NCBI GenBank assembly: GCA_963785305.1
Contig: CAWAUV010000008.1
Coordinates: forward strand, 864,001 to 928,000
Direction of reading: 5' to 3'
Length of the DNA: 64,000 bases
From: an uncultured Planctomycetaceae bacterium
GTDB lineage: Bacteria; Planctomycetota; Planctomycetia; Pirellulales; PALSA-1355
Position numbers and translations under genes: made by a program. Below the pieces are notes generated by a model, which saw only the letters and a list, made by a program, of their open reading frames with translations, had not been told where the DNA came from and ran no database searches. Of the stretch, positions 31,830-41,080 are shown in pieces; the stretch's first letter is position 1, and each line of letters opens with the position of its first letter.

Positions 31830-32144
31830 ATGACACGATCCGCAAACCATGATGTCCGTCGCGCTGGCGCGGCGGCGGAACGCTTGGCCGATACCGTGGC
31901 GGGCGCCGTTCGCGATATGCCCGAACATCTGAAGCATCTCAACGAACAATTGGGCAAACGGGCCGGCCAGGGCCTGGATGCGGTGGGTTCCGCGGCCAAT
32001 GACGCGATTCGTCAAGGTCGCGATTCGTTGGATCGCATCGAAGGCGCGATCGAACATCGCGTGCGTTCGCAACCCTGGCAGGCCATGTTTCTGGCCGTGG
32101 GCATTGGAGCGGCCCTTGCGCTGCTACTGCGTCCGCGGCGTTAG
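31830..32144 (+). CDS. DUF883/ElaB/YqjD-family protein
   Basis: Helical body + VRSQPWQAMFLAVGIGAALALLLRPRR tail anchor. Confidence 0.8.
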   Translation: MTRSANHDVRRAGAAAERLADTVAGAVRDMPEHLKHLNEQLGKRAGQGLDAVGSAANDAIRQGRDSLDRIEGAIEHRVRSQPWQAMFLAVGIGAALALLLRPRR

Positions 32145-32204
32145 CGCCGAGCGGCATATCCGATCCGGCGCGACGGTTGCCGCGATGAAGCATGGGGGGC
32201 GTTG

Positions 32205-32294
32205 CCAGCGCTCTGTCGTAGCTTAAAACTCATGTGTCATGCCCACGCAAGCGCGGGCATGACACATGATCCCTGAGTTATGTCAACGCTCTAG
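32205..32294. mobile_element. Short REP-containing element with imperfect terminal repeats ending in CTAG
   Basis: 15-bp perfect stem TCATGTGTCATGCCC / GGGCATGACACATGA (32230-32269). Confidence 0.65.
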
Positions 32295-32374
32295 GTTATC
32301 CGTTCCTGGGGTAATCGAAGCCGCGCCCCCTTTTTCTTACTTTTGATGTCTCCGTTGAACCCAATGGGTGAATT

Positions 32375-32767
32375 ATGTTTGGACGATCTCACAATGGCGC
32401 CGCCACCATGGCGCCGCCTTCGACCGCGGAGGAGCAGGCCATGTGCTCGATGTCGGATACTGCCCAGCGGATATGGGAACAGGTTCCCAACCAATACGAA
32501 GCGCGGGCCTGGATGCGCGAGCACCCGATCGCGGCGCTCGGCGGCGGTGTGGCGGCCGGTTATCTGGCGGCTCGCCTCTGGAGTCGAGCCCGCGCGGCGA
32601 CTGCGACACGTCCGGCCGGGCCGCCCCATGCCCTGGGCGATCCGCGCGTCTTTGATCGGGCCACCTCGGCGCTTTGGCTGATTCCGCTGGTGGAGCTCGC
32701 TCGCATCGGACTTCAGGCCGCGACCTACTACATGGTCGCCACGCATCGGACTGAAGAGCGCGCTTGA
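32375..32767 (+). CDS. Hypothetical membrane protein with a DUF883-like motif
   Basis: WMREHPIAALGGGVAAGYLAARL. Confidence 0.6.
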   Translation: MFGRSHNGAATMAPPSTAEEQAMCSMSDTAQRIWEQVPNQYEARAWMREHPIAALGGGVAAGYLAARLWSRARAATATRPAGPPHALGDPRVFDRATSALWLIPLVELARIGLQAATYYMVATHRTEERA

Positions 32768-33049
32768 TTCGCGCAAGCAGGCGGTTGGGGTTGCTAGTCG
32801 GTTGAGTATTTCAATAGGCCGACATCCCCCCGATCGATTATCGAGAATAATGGACAAGCCCGGCGAGACGTGTTTGATTAACGCGTCTCGCCGGGCATTG
32901 TCATTTGGTGTCACTCGGGTTATTGGGCGGCCGGGCCTCTTGGCGCCCGACGGCGCGAGCCGAGCATAGGGGGCGGGCGCGAGTGCTCGCGCCCGCCCTT
33001 CGTGTCTTCGGGGCGTGCGCAGGGCGACGGCTAATTCGCGAAACGCACG

Positions 33050-33097
33050 AAGCCCGGCGAAGCACTCGTTCAAAAAGCGCTTCGCCGGGCTTTTATT
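33050..33097. terminator. Probable bidirectional terminator
   Basis: AAGCCCGGCGAAGC / GCTTCGCCGGGCTT followed by TTATT, between convergent genes. Confidence 0.6.
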
Positions 33098-33140
33098 GTC
33101 GTTCGCGAGCGATTCGCCGCGCAATTTCGGTTCCCGCGAA

Positions 33141-33620
33141 TTACGAGCGATTGCCGCGGAGCAAAAAGCCCACGACCACTCCGGCGAGCATGCCGGCCAC
33201 GAAGGTCGTGGCCACGGATTCGACCGGGCGCTGGCGGACCATCTCACCGGCCGATTCGTAGCCATCATGAAAGCCTTGGCTGAGCTGGTCGTAGCCCTCG
33301 CGAACACGGCGGTTGGCTTCGTTGTAGCCTTCATTCAAACGTTGGCCCGCCACGTCGACGCCTTTTCGCACCTGCTCGGCGGCTTCGTGGACTTTTTCCT
33401 TGGCCGCTTGTTGGATGCCGGGGGCCGCTTCCAAAGCGCGCTCCAGGAACTCTTCGACCGCCCGACGTTCGGCGCCGACTTTGTGCTGGATGCGACCGAT
33501 CAATTGATCGATGTTGCCGCCGGCGATTTGCAAATCGTCGTCGGTCAACTGGCCCCATTTCTCCTTCAGCTTGCCCCGGATCGTTCCCCAGTGGCCGCGA
33601 ATTTCCTCGGTATTGAGCAT
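33141..33620 (-). CDS. CsbD-family protein with a DUF883-like C-terminal anchor
   Basis: GHWGTIRGKLKEKWGQLTDDDL..DQLIGRIQ; VRQRPVESVATTFVAGMLAGVVVG. Confidence 0.9.
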   Translation of the reverse strand: MLNTEEIRGHWGTIRGKLKEKWGQLTDDDLQIAGGNIDQLIGRIQHKVGAERRAVEEFLERALEAAPGIQQAAKEKVHEAAEQVRKGVDVAGQRLNEGYNEANRRVREGYDQLSQGFHDGYESAGEMVRQRPVESVATTFVAGMLAGVVVGFLLRGNRS

Positions 33621-33679
33621 AGCAGTCATCTCCCTATCGAATGGCTGAGGTATGTGTGAACGGTTGAGCCCGAATGGAG

Positions 33680-33696
33680 TGCAAATGTCGTGCCCA
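33680..33696 (-). promoter_or_regulatory. Sigma54 promoter for the CsbD gene
   Basis: Minus strand TGGGCACGACATTTGCA, near consensus. Confidence 0.8.
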
Positions 33697-33849
33697 ATGG
33701 GCTCCATGATGATTGCGGTTTCTTCATGCGTTTGCAAACGGTCGTGAAGCGAGCACCGCGAACGCGGCGCGGCCAGGCTAGCGATTTCACCCAGGAGTCG
33801 AGGGGCTGTTATCGAGAACTTTCCGTTCGTGGCTTTCCCGCCGAGGTTT

Positions 33850-33865
33850 CGGCGCGAATATTGCT
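33850..33865 (+). promoter_or_regulatory. Sigma54 promoter for the hypothetical gene at 34085
   Basis: CGGCGCGAATATTGCT. Confidence 0.6.
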
Positions 33866-34084
33866 CCATTCCGATGTTTGTTTGCGATTCCTTCGCCCAG
33901 GCAAGCGATCGAGGCCTCGCCTCCAGGGGCGCGCGAACTTACGCGAGCTCGCTCTCGCGCTGCTTGCAGGCGCTGCTTGCTCGCCCGAGCCGCTCTCCCC
34001 CGAGGCGTTCCCCCCTTCGATAACCTTCGCGGCCAGTCGAGCTGGCTTCGCGAACGAGCACTTTTTTCAAAGAGGAGTTTTCTG

Positions 34085-34521
34085 ATGAGCACGCTTTCTC
34101 ATAAATCCCAAGAACAGCGGCCCGACGCGGGTTCGCAAGAATGGCATCATCACGAGCACATTGCCGACACGGCCAAAGCGCAGCGCGGCAATTGGTCGAT
34201 GAGCTTGGCTCGGTGGGGTTGGCGCGGCACGCGATCGAAGCGGCCGGCGCCGAACCAACGACGGATAGTAATCTGTCCGAGCGACAGCAGCAACTTTGCC
34301 AATCGCTCGGCTTTCGCGACATGCACGATCTGATGGAGCATTCGACCCCGATCGAATCGAACGACGGCAAGCAGTGGTTCACCACCGAATTAGCCGACGA
34401 TCGCTGGGTCGTGTGGCGCGAGGAAGAATATCGCGTGGATCGGCACTTCGCCTCCCGCGAAGAAGCGCTCGCCAATGTGCCGCACAACGACGATTTCACC
34501 GGCTCCTCGCTCTTGGGCTAA
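34085..34521 (+). CDS. Hypothetical protein (probable frameshift near 5' end)
   Basis: AGAGGAG RBS + ATG 34085; globular-looking C-terminal part GKQWFTTELADDRWVVW in ORF 34141-34521. Confidence 0.55.
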
Positions 34522-34677
34522 CCGCGCGACGAACTGCGAAGCCGATTCGAAACAGGTTCCCGCGACCGAGTCCCCCGTTGGGCTTGGCGTGGGAACTTAG
34601 TTTAAGTTGGGTGGCGCCGCTTCAGCCCGGAGGGCATTTCCAAACCCGGTTTAAGCCTTGCCGTTAATCCCGCCGTT

Positions 34678-35115
34678 TCACGTCTCGTTTTCAATCGCGA
34701 GGGATAGTTCCCGACACGAGCTGGCCACCGCGGCGTCGAGACGATCCAATCCGGACGCTTGGGCCAGGGCCTCGGCGTCATGCTCGGGTGTCGGCGCCGC
34801 CGATGGTCCAGAGTCGGGCGCGAAGTCGCCAGACGATGGCCGACCGCTCCCTGGCGAGGAAGATTGAACATGGATGGCGGCGCAATCTTCCTCGAGCCGC
34901 CGGGCTTCGTCCATCGTGACGGCTTCTCCCAGGTTCGCCGCCAAGCCGCGCAGATTGTGGGCGGCGAATTCGGCCCGGTTCCAATCGGCAGCCTCAATGG
35001 CCGCGCGAATCTGAGCGGCCAAGCGCGGCGCCTCGTCGCAGTAGATTTCCATCATCTGACGCATGAGAGCGCGGTCGCCACCAAGTCGCGCGAGAAGTGT
35101 CTGAGGATCGAACAT
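34678..35115 (-). CDS. Stand-alone Hpt phosphotransfer protein
   Basis: FDPQTLLARLGGDRALM, AAHNLRGLAANLG. Confidence 0.85.
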   Translation of the reverse strand: MFDPQTLLARLGGDRALMRQMMEIYCDEAPRLAAQIRAAIEAADWNRAEFAAHNLRGLAANLGEAVTMDEARRLEEDCAAIHVQSSSPGSGRPSSGDFAPDSGPSAAPTPEHDAEALAQASGLDRLDAAVASSCRELSLAIENET

Positions 35116-35262
35116 CGGCGGACAATGAAGAAAAAGACAGCGCGAAACCCAAGCAAACAGCGAATGGCGGATGGTCTGATCCGCTAATTGGATCGTAGTT
35201 CCAGAATGCATCGCAGTGCCAGGGGAGGAAATCCCGCAATATCCTCCCGCTGTCGTCCACAT

Positions 35263-35278
35263 GGCAAAGGCAATGCCA
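35263..35278 (-). promoter_or_regulatory. Sigma54 promoter for the second Hpt gene
   Basis: Minus strand TGGCATTGCCTTTGCC. Confidence 0.7.
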
Positions 35279-35473
35279 AACTGGTTGGCGTCCGGCCAAC
35301 CGGCTTTGCGACGAGCGCGTCTTTCGGGGTTCGACGGCGGGGCGCATATGGTTGCGAATCGCGATCGTTTGTCTCGCGGGGACCTTGCAAACAAGTGCGG
35401 CGCCCTCGAAATCGCCGGGCGAAAGCAAGCGAGGCAAACACAAAACACCGATTCTTGCGCGTCGCAATCTATT

Positions 35474-35489
35474 TGGCACGGACAATGCA
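35474..35489 (+). promoter_or_regulatory. Sigma54 promoter for the DUF1328 gene
   Basis: TGGCACGGACAATGCA. Confidence 0.75.
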
Positions 35490-35559
35490 CTTCACTTCCT
35501 TCACGTCTGTCGCTCAAGCAAGACCAACCTAAACCAAATTTTTCTTGGAGGATCGTGCC

Positions 35560-35733
35560 ATGTTGTACTGGGCAGCCATGTTTTTCGTGATCGCCCTGAT
35601 CGCCGCGTTGTTTGGATTCGGCGGCATCGCCGCCAGCGCCGCGGGCGTCGCGCAGATTTTGTTCTATGTGTTCCTCGTGCTGTTCGTGATCAGTCTGATC
35701 TTCGGCGGACTCCGCCGCGGGCCGACGATCTAG
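35560..35733 (+). CDS. DUF1328 (YtjA/UPF0391) small membrane protein
   Basis: [43 protein letters not shown]. Confidence 0.93.
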   Translation: MLYWAAMFFVIALIAALFGFGGIAASAAGVAQILFYVFLVLFVISLIFGGLRRGPTI

Positions 35734-35833
35734 CAACGAGCGCTAATATCGGGATCGCTAGGATGGCGAACCCTGGGCAAAGGACTTTGTCCCCCCCGTC
35801 GAAGTCCTCTGCAAGAGTTCGCGAGCGACCCGG

Positions 35834-35890
35834 CCGGCATGGTTTGCCGCCATCTTTCGAGATGGCGACGAATCCCTGCCGGTTTTTTTT
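35834..35890 (+). terminator. Rho-independent terminator
   Basis: CCGGCA..CGCCATCT-TTCG-AGATGGCG..TGCCGG followed by T8. Confidence 0.7.
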
Positions 35891-36084
35891 GCGCCTATGC
35901 ATTGGCGAGGCTGCACTGTCGCTTCCACGCCTGCCGCATTTTCTTGACTGCGCGTCTCTCCCTCGTGGTTGGTTTCCGTTACGATAACGCCGTGGTTCCT
36001 CGGCTCCGACATTCGATCGCCGGTTACCCATCGTCTTCCAAGATAGACGCAGCCATTGAAGGCGCGAGCGAAGCGGGCGTGCCG

Positions 36085-36935
36085 ATGAAACTTAATGAAT
36101 TCTGGTCCCGGGCCACCGTTGAACAAACGGATCGCGATGGCAAGCGCGTATCGTTTTCCTGCTGGCGCGGCTCGCCGGAAAGCGAAGACGACGCCCATCG
36201 GTCGGCGCTCGCCGCCGCCACCCGGATCGTGCAACAACTCCTGGGCGGCAATCCGCCGCGGCACTACTATGCGCGACTGCCGCTCCGCGAGCGGATCATC
36301 GAGCGGATGACCAACGACCAGGGAGAGTTGATCGCCGCCGTCACTCAAAATGCGTATGGCTCGCTGGTGCTGAATACGGCCCGGGCGATGTTCATCGACC
36401 TTGATTTTCCGCCGAGCTCGCTTTCCCAGAAAACAAGCAATTTCTTCCGCTCGTTCACGGGCAAAGCCACTCCATCGCCCGAGGCGGAGATGCTCGAGCG
36501 CGTCGAACAGTTTCACCGCGCGCATGCGGGCTGGAGCTTCCGCGTGTATCGCACTCTCGCGGGCCTGCGGGTTTTGGTCACGCACGCACTTTTCGAGCCG
36601 AGCGCCGGCGACCCGCGCGCTGTTGGAATCGGTGGGCGCCGATCCCTTGTATATCCGCCTGTGCTTGGCCCAAGACTGCTTCCGAGCCCGGCTCACGCCC
36701 AAGCCATGGCGCTGCGGTTACAGGGCCAACGCCATCACATGGCCGAGGCTCGACGCCGTCGAGGAGCAGCGCTTCGAGAAGTGGCAACAGCAATATCTCG
36801 AACGGCAATCCAAGTACGCCACGTGTCGCTTCTTGTGCCGCCTTGGGCAACGAGCCGACGCACCCCGAGGTAGAACCGATCGCCGCGCTCCACGATCGCT
36901 TGACCCGCTGCCAGGAAGAGGAGAAGCTGGCGTAG
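36085..36935 (+). CDS. Conserved hypothetical protein, possible primase (AEP)-like fold; frameshifts ~36610 and ~36835
   Basis: NAYGSLVLNT..MFIDLD, FRVYRTLAGLRV, DPLY..FRARLTPKPWR. Confidence 0.7.
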
Positions 36936-36960
36936 CCGACAAATGCTGATCTATTCGAGT

Positions 36961-37998
36961 TCATGCCGGGCTCGTCACGCTCATGGCTCCCCGCGAAGCG
37001 AGCTGCGCGGCAAGATTCGGCACAATGACGGCCGCGCCGCGAAGACGGCCCGAGCGCAGGCAAGCCAGCGCTTGGTTGGCGTCTTCCAGAGCGAATTCTT
37101 GCGTTTCGGTTCGCACATGCGCTCCGGCGGCCAGCGTCAGAAATTCGCGGCCATCGCGACGCGTCAAGTTCGCGACCGAACGCAATTGGCGCTCGCCCCA
37201 CAGCAGATCGTAGGAGAACTCCGGAATCGGCGACATGTGGATTCCGCCACACACCACCACTCCGCCTTTGCGCACGCTCGCCAACGCTTGGGGAACCAGC
37301 GCGCCCACCGGCGCGAAGATGATCGCCGCGTCGAGCTCGACCGGCGGTTTCACAGTCGAATCGCCGGCCCAAACCACGCCGAGCTCCCGGGCGAAAGCTT
37401 GTGAGTTCTCATCGCCGGGCCTGGTGAAGGCATAAATTTCGCCGCCTTGATTTCGGGCGACCTGGGTCACGATGTGAGCCGCGCCGCCAAAGCCATAGAT
37501 GCCGATGCGAACGGAGTCGCCGGTCATGCGTAAGGATCGATATCCGATCAGCCCGGCGCACAACAGCGGCGCCGCTTCGACTGAACCAAAGCTGGGAGGA
37601 ATTCGGAAACAATACGCTTCGTGGGCGACCGTGTATTCCGCGTAGCCGCCATCGAGCGTATAGCCGGTGAACTCCGGAGCGTCGCAGAGATTTTCTTGCT
37701 CCTCGCGACAATAGCGGCAATGGCCGCAAGTCTTTCCCACCCATGGCACGCCGACGCGATCGCCAATCGCAAAACGGTTCGCGCCCTGGCCGAGAGCCAC
37801 CACCACGCCGACGATTTCGTGTCCGAGGATCAAGGGCAATTTGGGATGCGGCAGTTCGCCATCGATCACATGCAGATCCGTTCTGCAAACACCGCAGGCT
37901 TCGACCCGAAGTAGGACCTGCCCCGCGGCCGGCGCCGGCGTCGGGACCTCCATCAATTCCAGGGGCTCTCCGGCATGCTTGAACATCATGGCTTTCAT
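36961..37998 (-). CDS. Zinc-dependent alcohol dehydrogenase
   Basis: CGVCRTDLH, GHEIVG, CGHCRYC..NLC, GIYGFGG. Confidence 0.95.
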   Translation of the reverse strand: MKAMMFKHAGEPLELMEVPTPAPAAGQVLLRVEACGVCRTDLHVIDGELPHPKLPLILGHEIVGVVVALGQGANRFAIGDRVGVPWVGKTCGHCRYCREEQENLCDAPEFTGYTLDGGYAEYTVAHEAYCFRIPPSFGSVEAAPLLCAGLIGYRSLRMTGDSVRIGIYGFGGAAHIVTQVARNQGGEIYAFTRPGDENSQAFARELGVVWAGDSTVKPPVELDAAIIFAPVGALVPQALASVRKGGVVVCGGIHMSPIPEFSYDLLWGERQLRSVANLTRRDGREFLTLAAGAHVRTETQEFALEDANQALACLRSGRLRGAAVIVPNLAAQLASRGAMSVTSPA

Positions 37999-38062
37999 CC
38001 GGGGGCTCCTTGACCATGGGTAGGATCGAAACGATTATCACCAGCCGACTTGGCGGACTGGG

Positions 38063-38078
38063 AGCAGAGCGCGTGCCA
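38063..38078 (-). promoter_or_regulatory. Sigma54 promoter for the ADH gene
   Basis: Minus strand TGGCACGCGCTCTGCT, 65 nt upstream of ATG. Confidence 0.7.
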
Positions 38079-38413
38079 TTGCCTTCTGAAAATCGTTGGA
38101 TTGCAACCCGAATATCGCCGCGGCGCGGACAATCTCGCTCCAGCAACAGCGATCGCTTTCCGTGGGGAGGCGAATAACGCTCGGCAACGCGACAATTTGG
38201 CAAAAGTGAACGGGCCAAAAGTCATGTATCGTGCGATTCCGCGCGCATATCGGGCGATTTTGCCCTCAATGCCGGACTGAAAGCGACGGGGGCTCCCCCC
38301 TCCTTCTTTGAGAGAGGGTAGGACAAGGGCTCGCCGAAGTACTCGGATGGGCTATAAGAAGCCGCCGAACCAATAGGTCGGCGCCATTCTGGCCTCTTCG
38401 GCCGCGCGCAAAG

Positions 38414-38523
38414 AAGCCTATCCAAAAACGCCTGGGGTCGAGGCTGGACCGAGGCTTGTCGCGTTCGAGGCGCGACGGCGGTTCGCCACTCGGTCGGTCT
38501 CTCGGCTGTTCTTGGATAGGCTT
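38414..38523. mobile_element. MITE-like nested hairpin with 12-bp perfect terminal inverted repeats
   Basis: AAGCCTATCCAA ... TTGGATAGGCTT; inner stems GACCGAG/CTCGGTC and GTCGCG/CGCGAC. Confidence 0.6.
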
Positions 38524-38624
38524 TTTAGACGATCGCCACGCGACTCTTTCGTTTTCTCCCGCGCGGTTCCGTGTCCCTCACTGTCCCTCCGCGCCAAAAT
38601 GCAGAAGCAATTCGGCGGCGCCAA

Positions 38625-40364
38625 TCACGAGGGCGTGCCAAGCGCCGGGCTCGAAGTGGCGCCAGGTGGCGCCGAGTTCGGCGGGAAACCGCCCCCCGGC
38701 ATTTGCGGCGGTTGATCGGGAACCTTGGGTTGACCGACCTTTTCAGCGGCCAAGTTTCGTAGCGCCCGCGCGAATGGGTCTTGCGGTTGCAGGGAGATCG
38801 CTTTGTCAAGCTGCGTGAACGCGTCTTGATGCCGGCCCGTGTAGTAGTAGTTGTAGCCGAGCAGGAAACGCGTCGCGGGATCGTTCGGCTTCTCGGCGAC
38901 GTTCTTTTCGAGGGCTTGAAGCTGGGTCGTGTAGTCCTCCGGCCGACCATAGAGCTCGCGATAATTGCCGAGGAGCGAACCCCATTTATCTTGCGGCATT
39001 TGCCGCATCGCCAGTTCCGTGGCGCCGGCCGCGTCGTTGTACTGCCCGTTGGCAAACGCGGTTTGGCCGGTGAGCATCAAGAGACCCGGACTGCTGGGCT
39101 CGTCGATCATGGCATGCTTGAAGTCGCGAGCCGCGGCAGTGTATTTACCGCTCCTGAAGTTGGCTTCACCCTGCTGGGCAAAATCGGCCGCCGTGAGATT
39201 ATCGACACTCGAGGTCGAAGGTTGAACCGCGTTGGGATCGACGCTCGTCGCGGGAGTGGGCGGAGCATACGACGAACTGTAGCCGACGCCGCCGTAGCTA
39301 TTCGGATAGGTCGACGTGGCGTTGCCATAGTAAGTCGAGCCGTAGTTGTTGTAGTAGGGATATCCAGAGCTGGCGTAATTGTAGTAGGGATAACCGTAGT
39401 TCGAGTATCCGTAGTACGGGTACCCATAGCTCGAGTAGCCGTAGTAGGGATATCCGTAACCGTAGCCACCATATCCGCCGTAGCCTCCATATCCGCCGTA
39501 GCCTCCATAGCCATAGCCGCCCATGCCATAGCCGAGCCCATAGCCAAGTCCGAAGGCCAGCCCGTATCCGAGTCCGCCAAATCCGAGGCCATATCCGCCA
39601 TAGCCGAGCCCGTAACCCCCGTAGCCTAGGCCATAACCACCATACCCGCCGTAGCCACCATACCCGCCATAGCCACCATACCCTCGACCGTAACCGCCAT
39701 ATCCGCCGTATCCGCCATAACCCCCGAGGCGGCTGCCCAAGAACGAATTTCCATAGCCTCCGCGACCGTACCCGCCATAGCCGCCATATCCGCCGTGGCC
39801 ATAGCCGCCGTGGCCATAGCCAAAACCGTTGTGTCCATATCCTCCGATGCCGCCGAGATGATGGCTGGCGAACGAGCTACCGCCGTAGCCGCCGGCGCCA
39901 CGATAGCCCGCGACATTATGTCCACCGGCGAAGCCACCATGACCGTAACCGCCCATACCTCCAGCGCCGAAATGCGACGAAGCGAAACTGTGGCCGCCGA
40001 CGCCGCCCATATGCGCACCGCCGGCGCCGCCGAAGTGGCTACCGGCGAAGCTATGGCCGCCGTTCATTCCGCCCATGTGCATCCCGCCGGCATGTCCACC
40101 ATAGCCACCCATGTGCATTCCGCCCATGTGGCCGCCATATCCGCCCATTCCGCCCATGTGCATGCCACCCATGTGGCCGCCGCCCATTCCGCCCATATGC
40201 ATGCCGCCCATATGGCCGCCGCCCATATGCCCGCCGCCGCCCATATGCCCGCCACCGCCGTGTCCACCGCCGCCGTGTCCGCCGCCGCCGTGGGCAAAGG
40301 CAAATCCTGCTCCGGCCACGCTCAAGATCGCGCCGCAGGTCCAGACGTAAAGTTGCCGACGCAT
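38625..40364 (-). CDS. Secreted TPR protein with a long Gly/His/Met- and Gly/Tyr-rich low-complexity region
   Basis: Signal peptide, GGMHM and GGY repeats, C-terminal TPRs (FRSGKY, RFLLGYNYYYTG). Confidence 0.88.
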   Translation of the reverse strand: MRRQLYVWTCGAILSVAGAGFAFAHGGGGHGGGGHGGGGHMGGGGHMGGGHMGGMHMGGMGGGHMGGMHMGGMGGYGGHMGGMHMGGYGGHAGGMHMGGMNGGHSFAGSHFGGAGGAHMGGVGGHSFASSHFGAGGMGGYGHGGFAGGHNVAGYRGAGGYGGSSFASHHLGGIGGYGHNGFGYGHGGYGHGGYGGYGGYGRGGYGNSFLGSRLGGYGGYGGYGGYGRGYGGYGGYGGYGGYGGYGLGYGGYGLGYGGYGLGFGGLGYGLAFGLGYGLGYGMGGYGYGGYGGYGGYGGYGGYGYGYPYYGYSSYGYPYYGYSNYGYPYYNYASSGYPYYNNYGSTYYGNATSTYPNSYGGVGYSSSYAPPTPATSVDPNAVQPSTSSVDNLTAADFAQQGEANFRSGKYTAAARDFKHAMIDEPSSPGLLMLTGQTAFANGQYNDAAGATELAMRQMPQDKWGSLLGNYRELYGRPEDYTTQLQALEKNVAEKPNDPATRFLLGYNYYYTGRHQDAFTQLDKAISLQPQDPFARALRNLAAEKVGQPKVPDQPPQMPGGGFPPNSAPPGATSSPALGTPS

Positions 40365-40524
40365 AACGCTGCCCTTTATTTGATTTCGCCGGGCGGCGCG
40401 AGCCGAAATGGCAATGGCGCTCACCTTGATGTATTTTACGGTCCAGCGGCGCTCAGGGTGCAAAGTCCTGTTGGCCAACTTACGAGCTTTTAATCTCTCT
40501 GGCACAAAGAAGGACGACTCTGCC

Positions 40525-41080
40525 GTGGCTAAGGTTCTTGTGCTCTACGATTCCCAGACCGGCAACACGGCCCAAATGGCCGAGCTCGTGGCCGAAGGCG
40601 CGGCGAGCGTTGCCGGCGTCGAGGTACGGCTACGCTCGGTCGACGTGGCCACGGCCGACGATGTGCTGTGGTGCGATGGGCTCGCCGTGGGCAGTCCGAC
40701 CAATATGGGCCTCCTGTCGTGGAAGATGAAACGGTTCTGGGACGAAACCATGGCCGACTCGTGGATGAAGGTCGATGGCCGCGTGGCGTGCGCCTTTTCC
40801 TCGTCGGGCGGCTGGGGCGGCGGCGCCGAGCTTGCGTGTCAATCGATCCTGACCGTGCTGCTCAATTTTGGCTTCCTGGTGTTCGGCGTGACGGATTATG
40901 TGGCCAAACTCATGACATTGCACTATGGGGCCGTCGCCTGCCGCGCGCCCGCGGCGGCGACGAACAAGCCGCCTGCCGCAAGCTCGGGCTTCGACTTGCC
41001 GAGTGGACGGCCGTGGTGGCCGAGGGCGCTTGGAGGAACATCCGCTGCGAAAAAACGCCCCACGATTGCCGCCGGGGTGA
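40525..41080 (+). CDS. Flavodoxin/WrbA-like protein, frameshifted near the 3' end
   Basis: YDSQTGNTAQMA, VGSPT, FSSSGGWGGG. Confidence 0.85.

Noticed and set aside
35830..36080. Sigma54 promoter for the AEP-like gene
   Set aside because: Candidate GG/GC pairs have the wrong spacing, and the region is better explained by a terminator.
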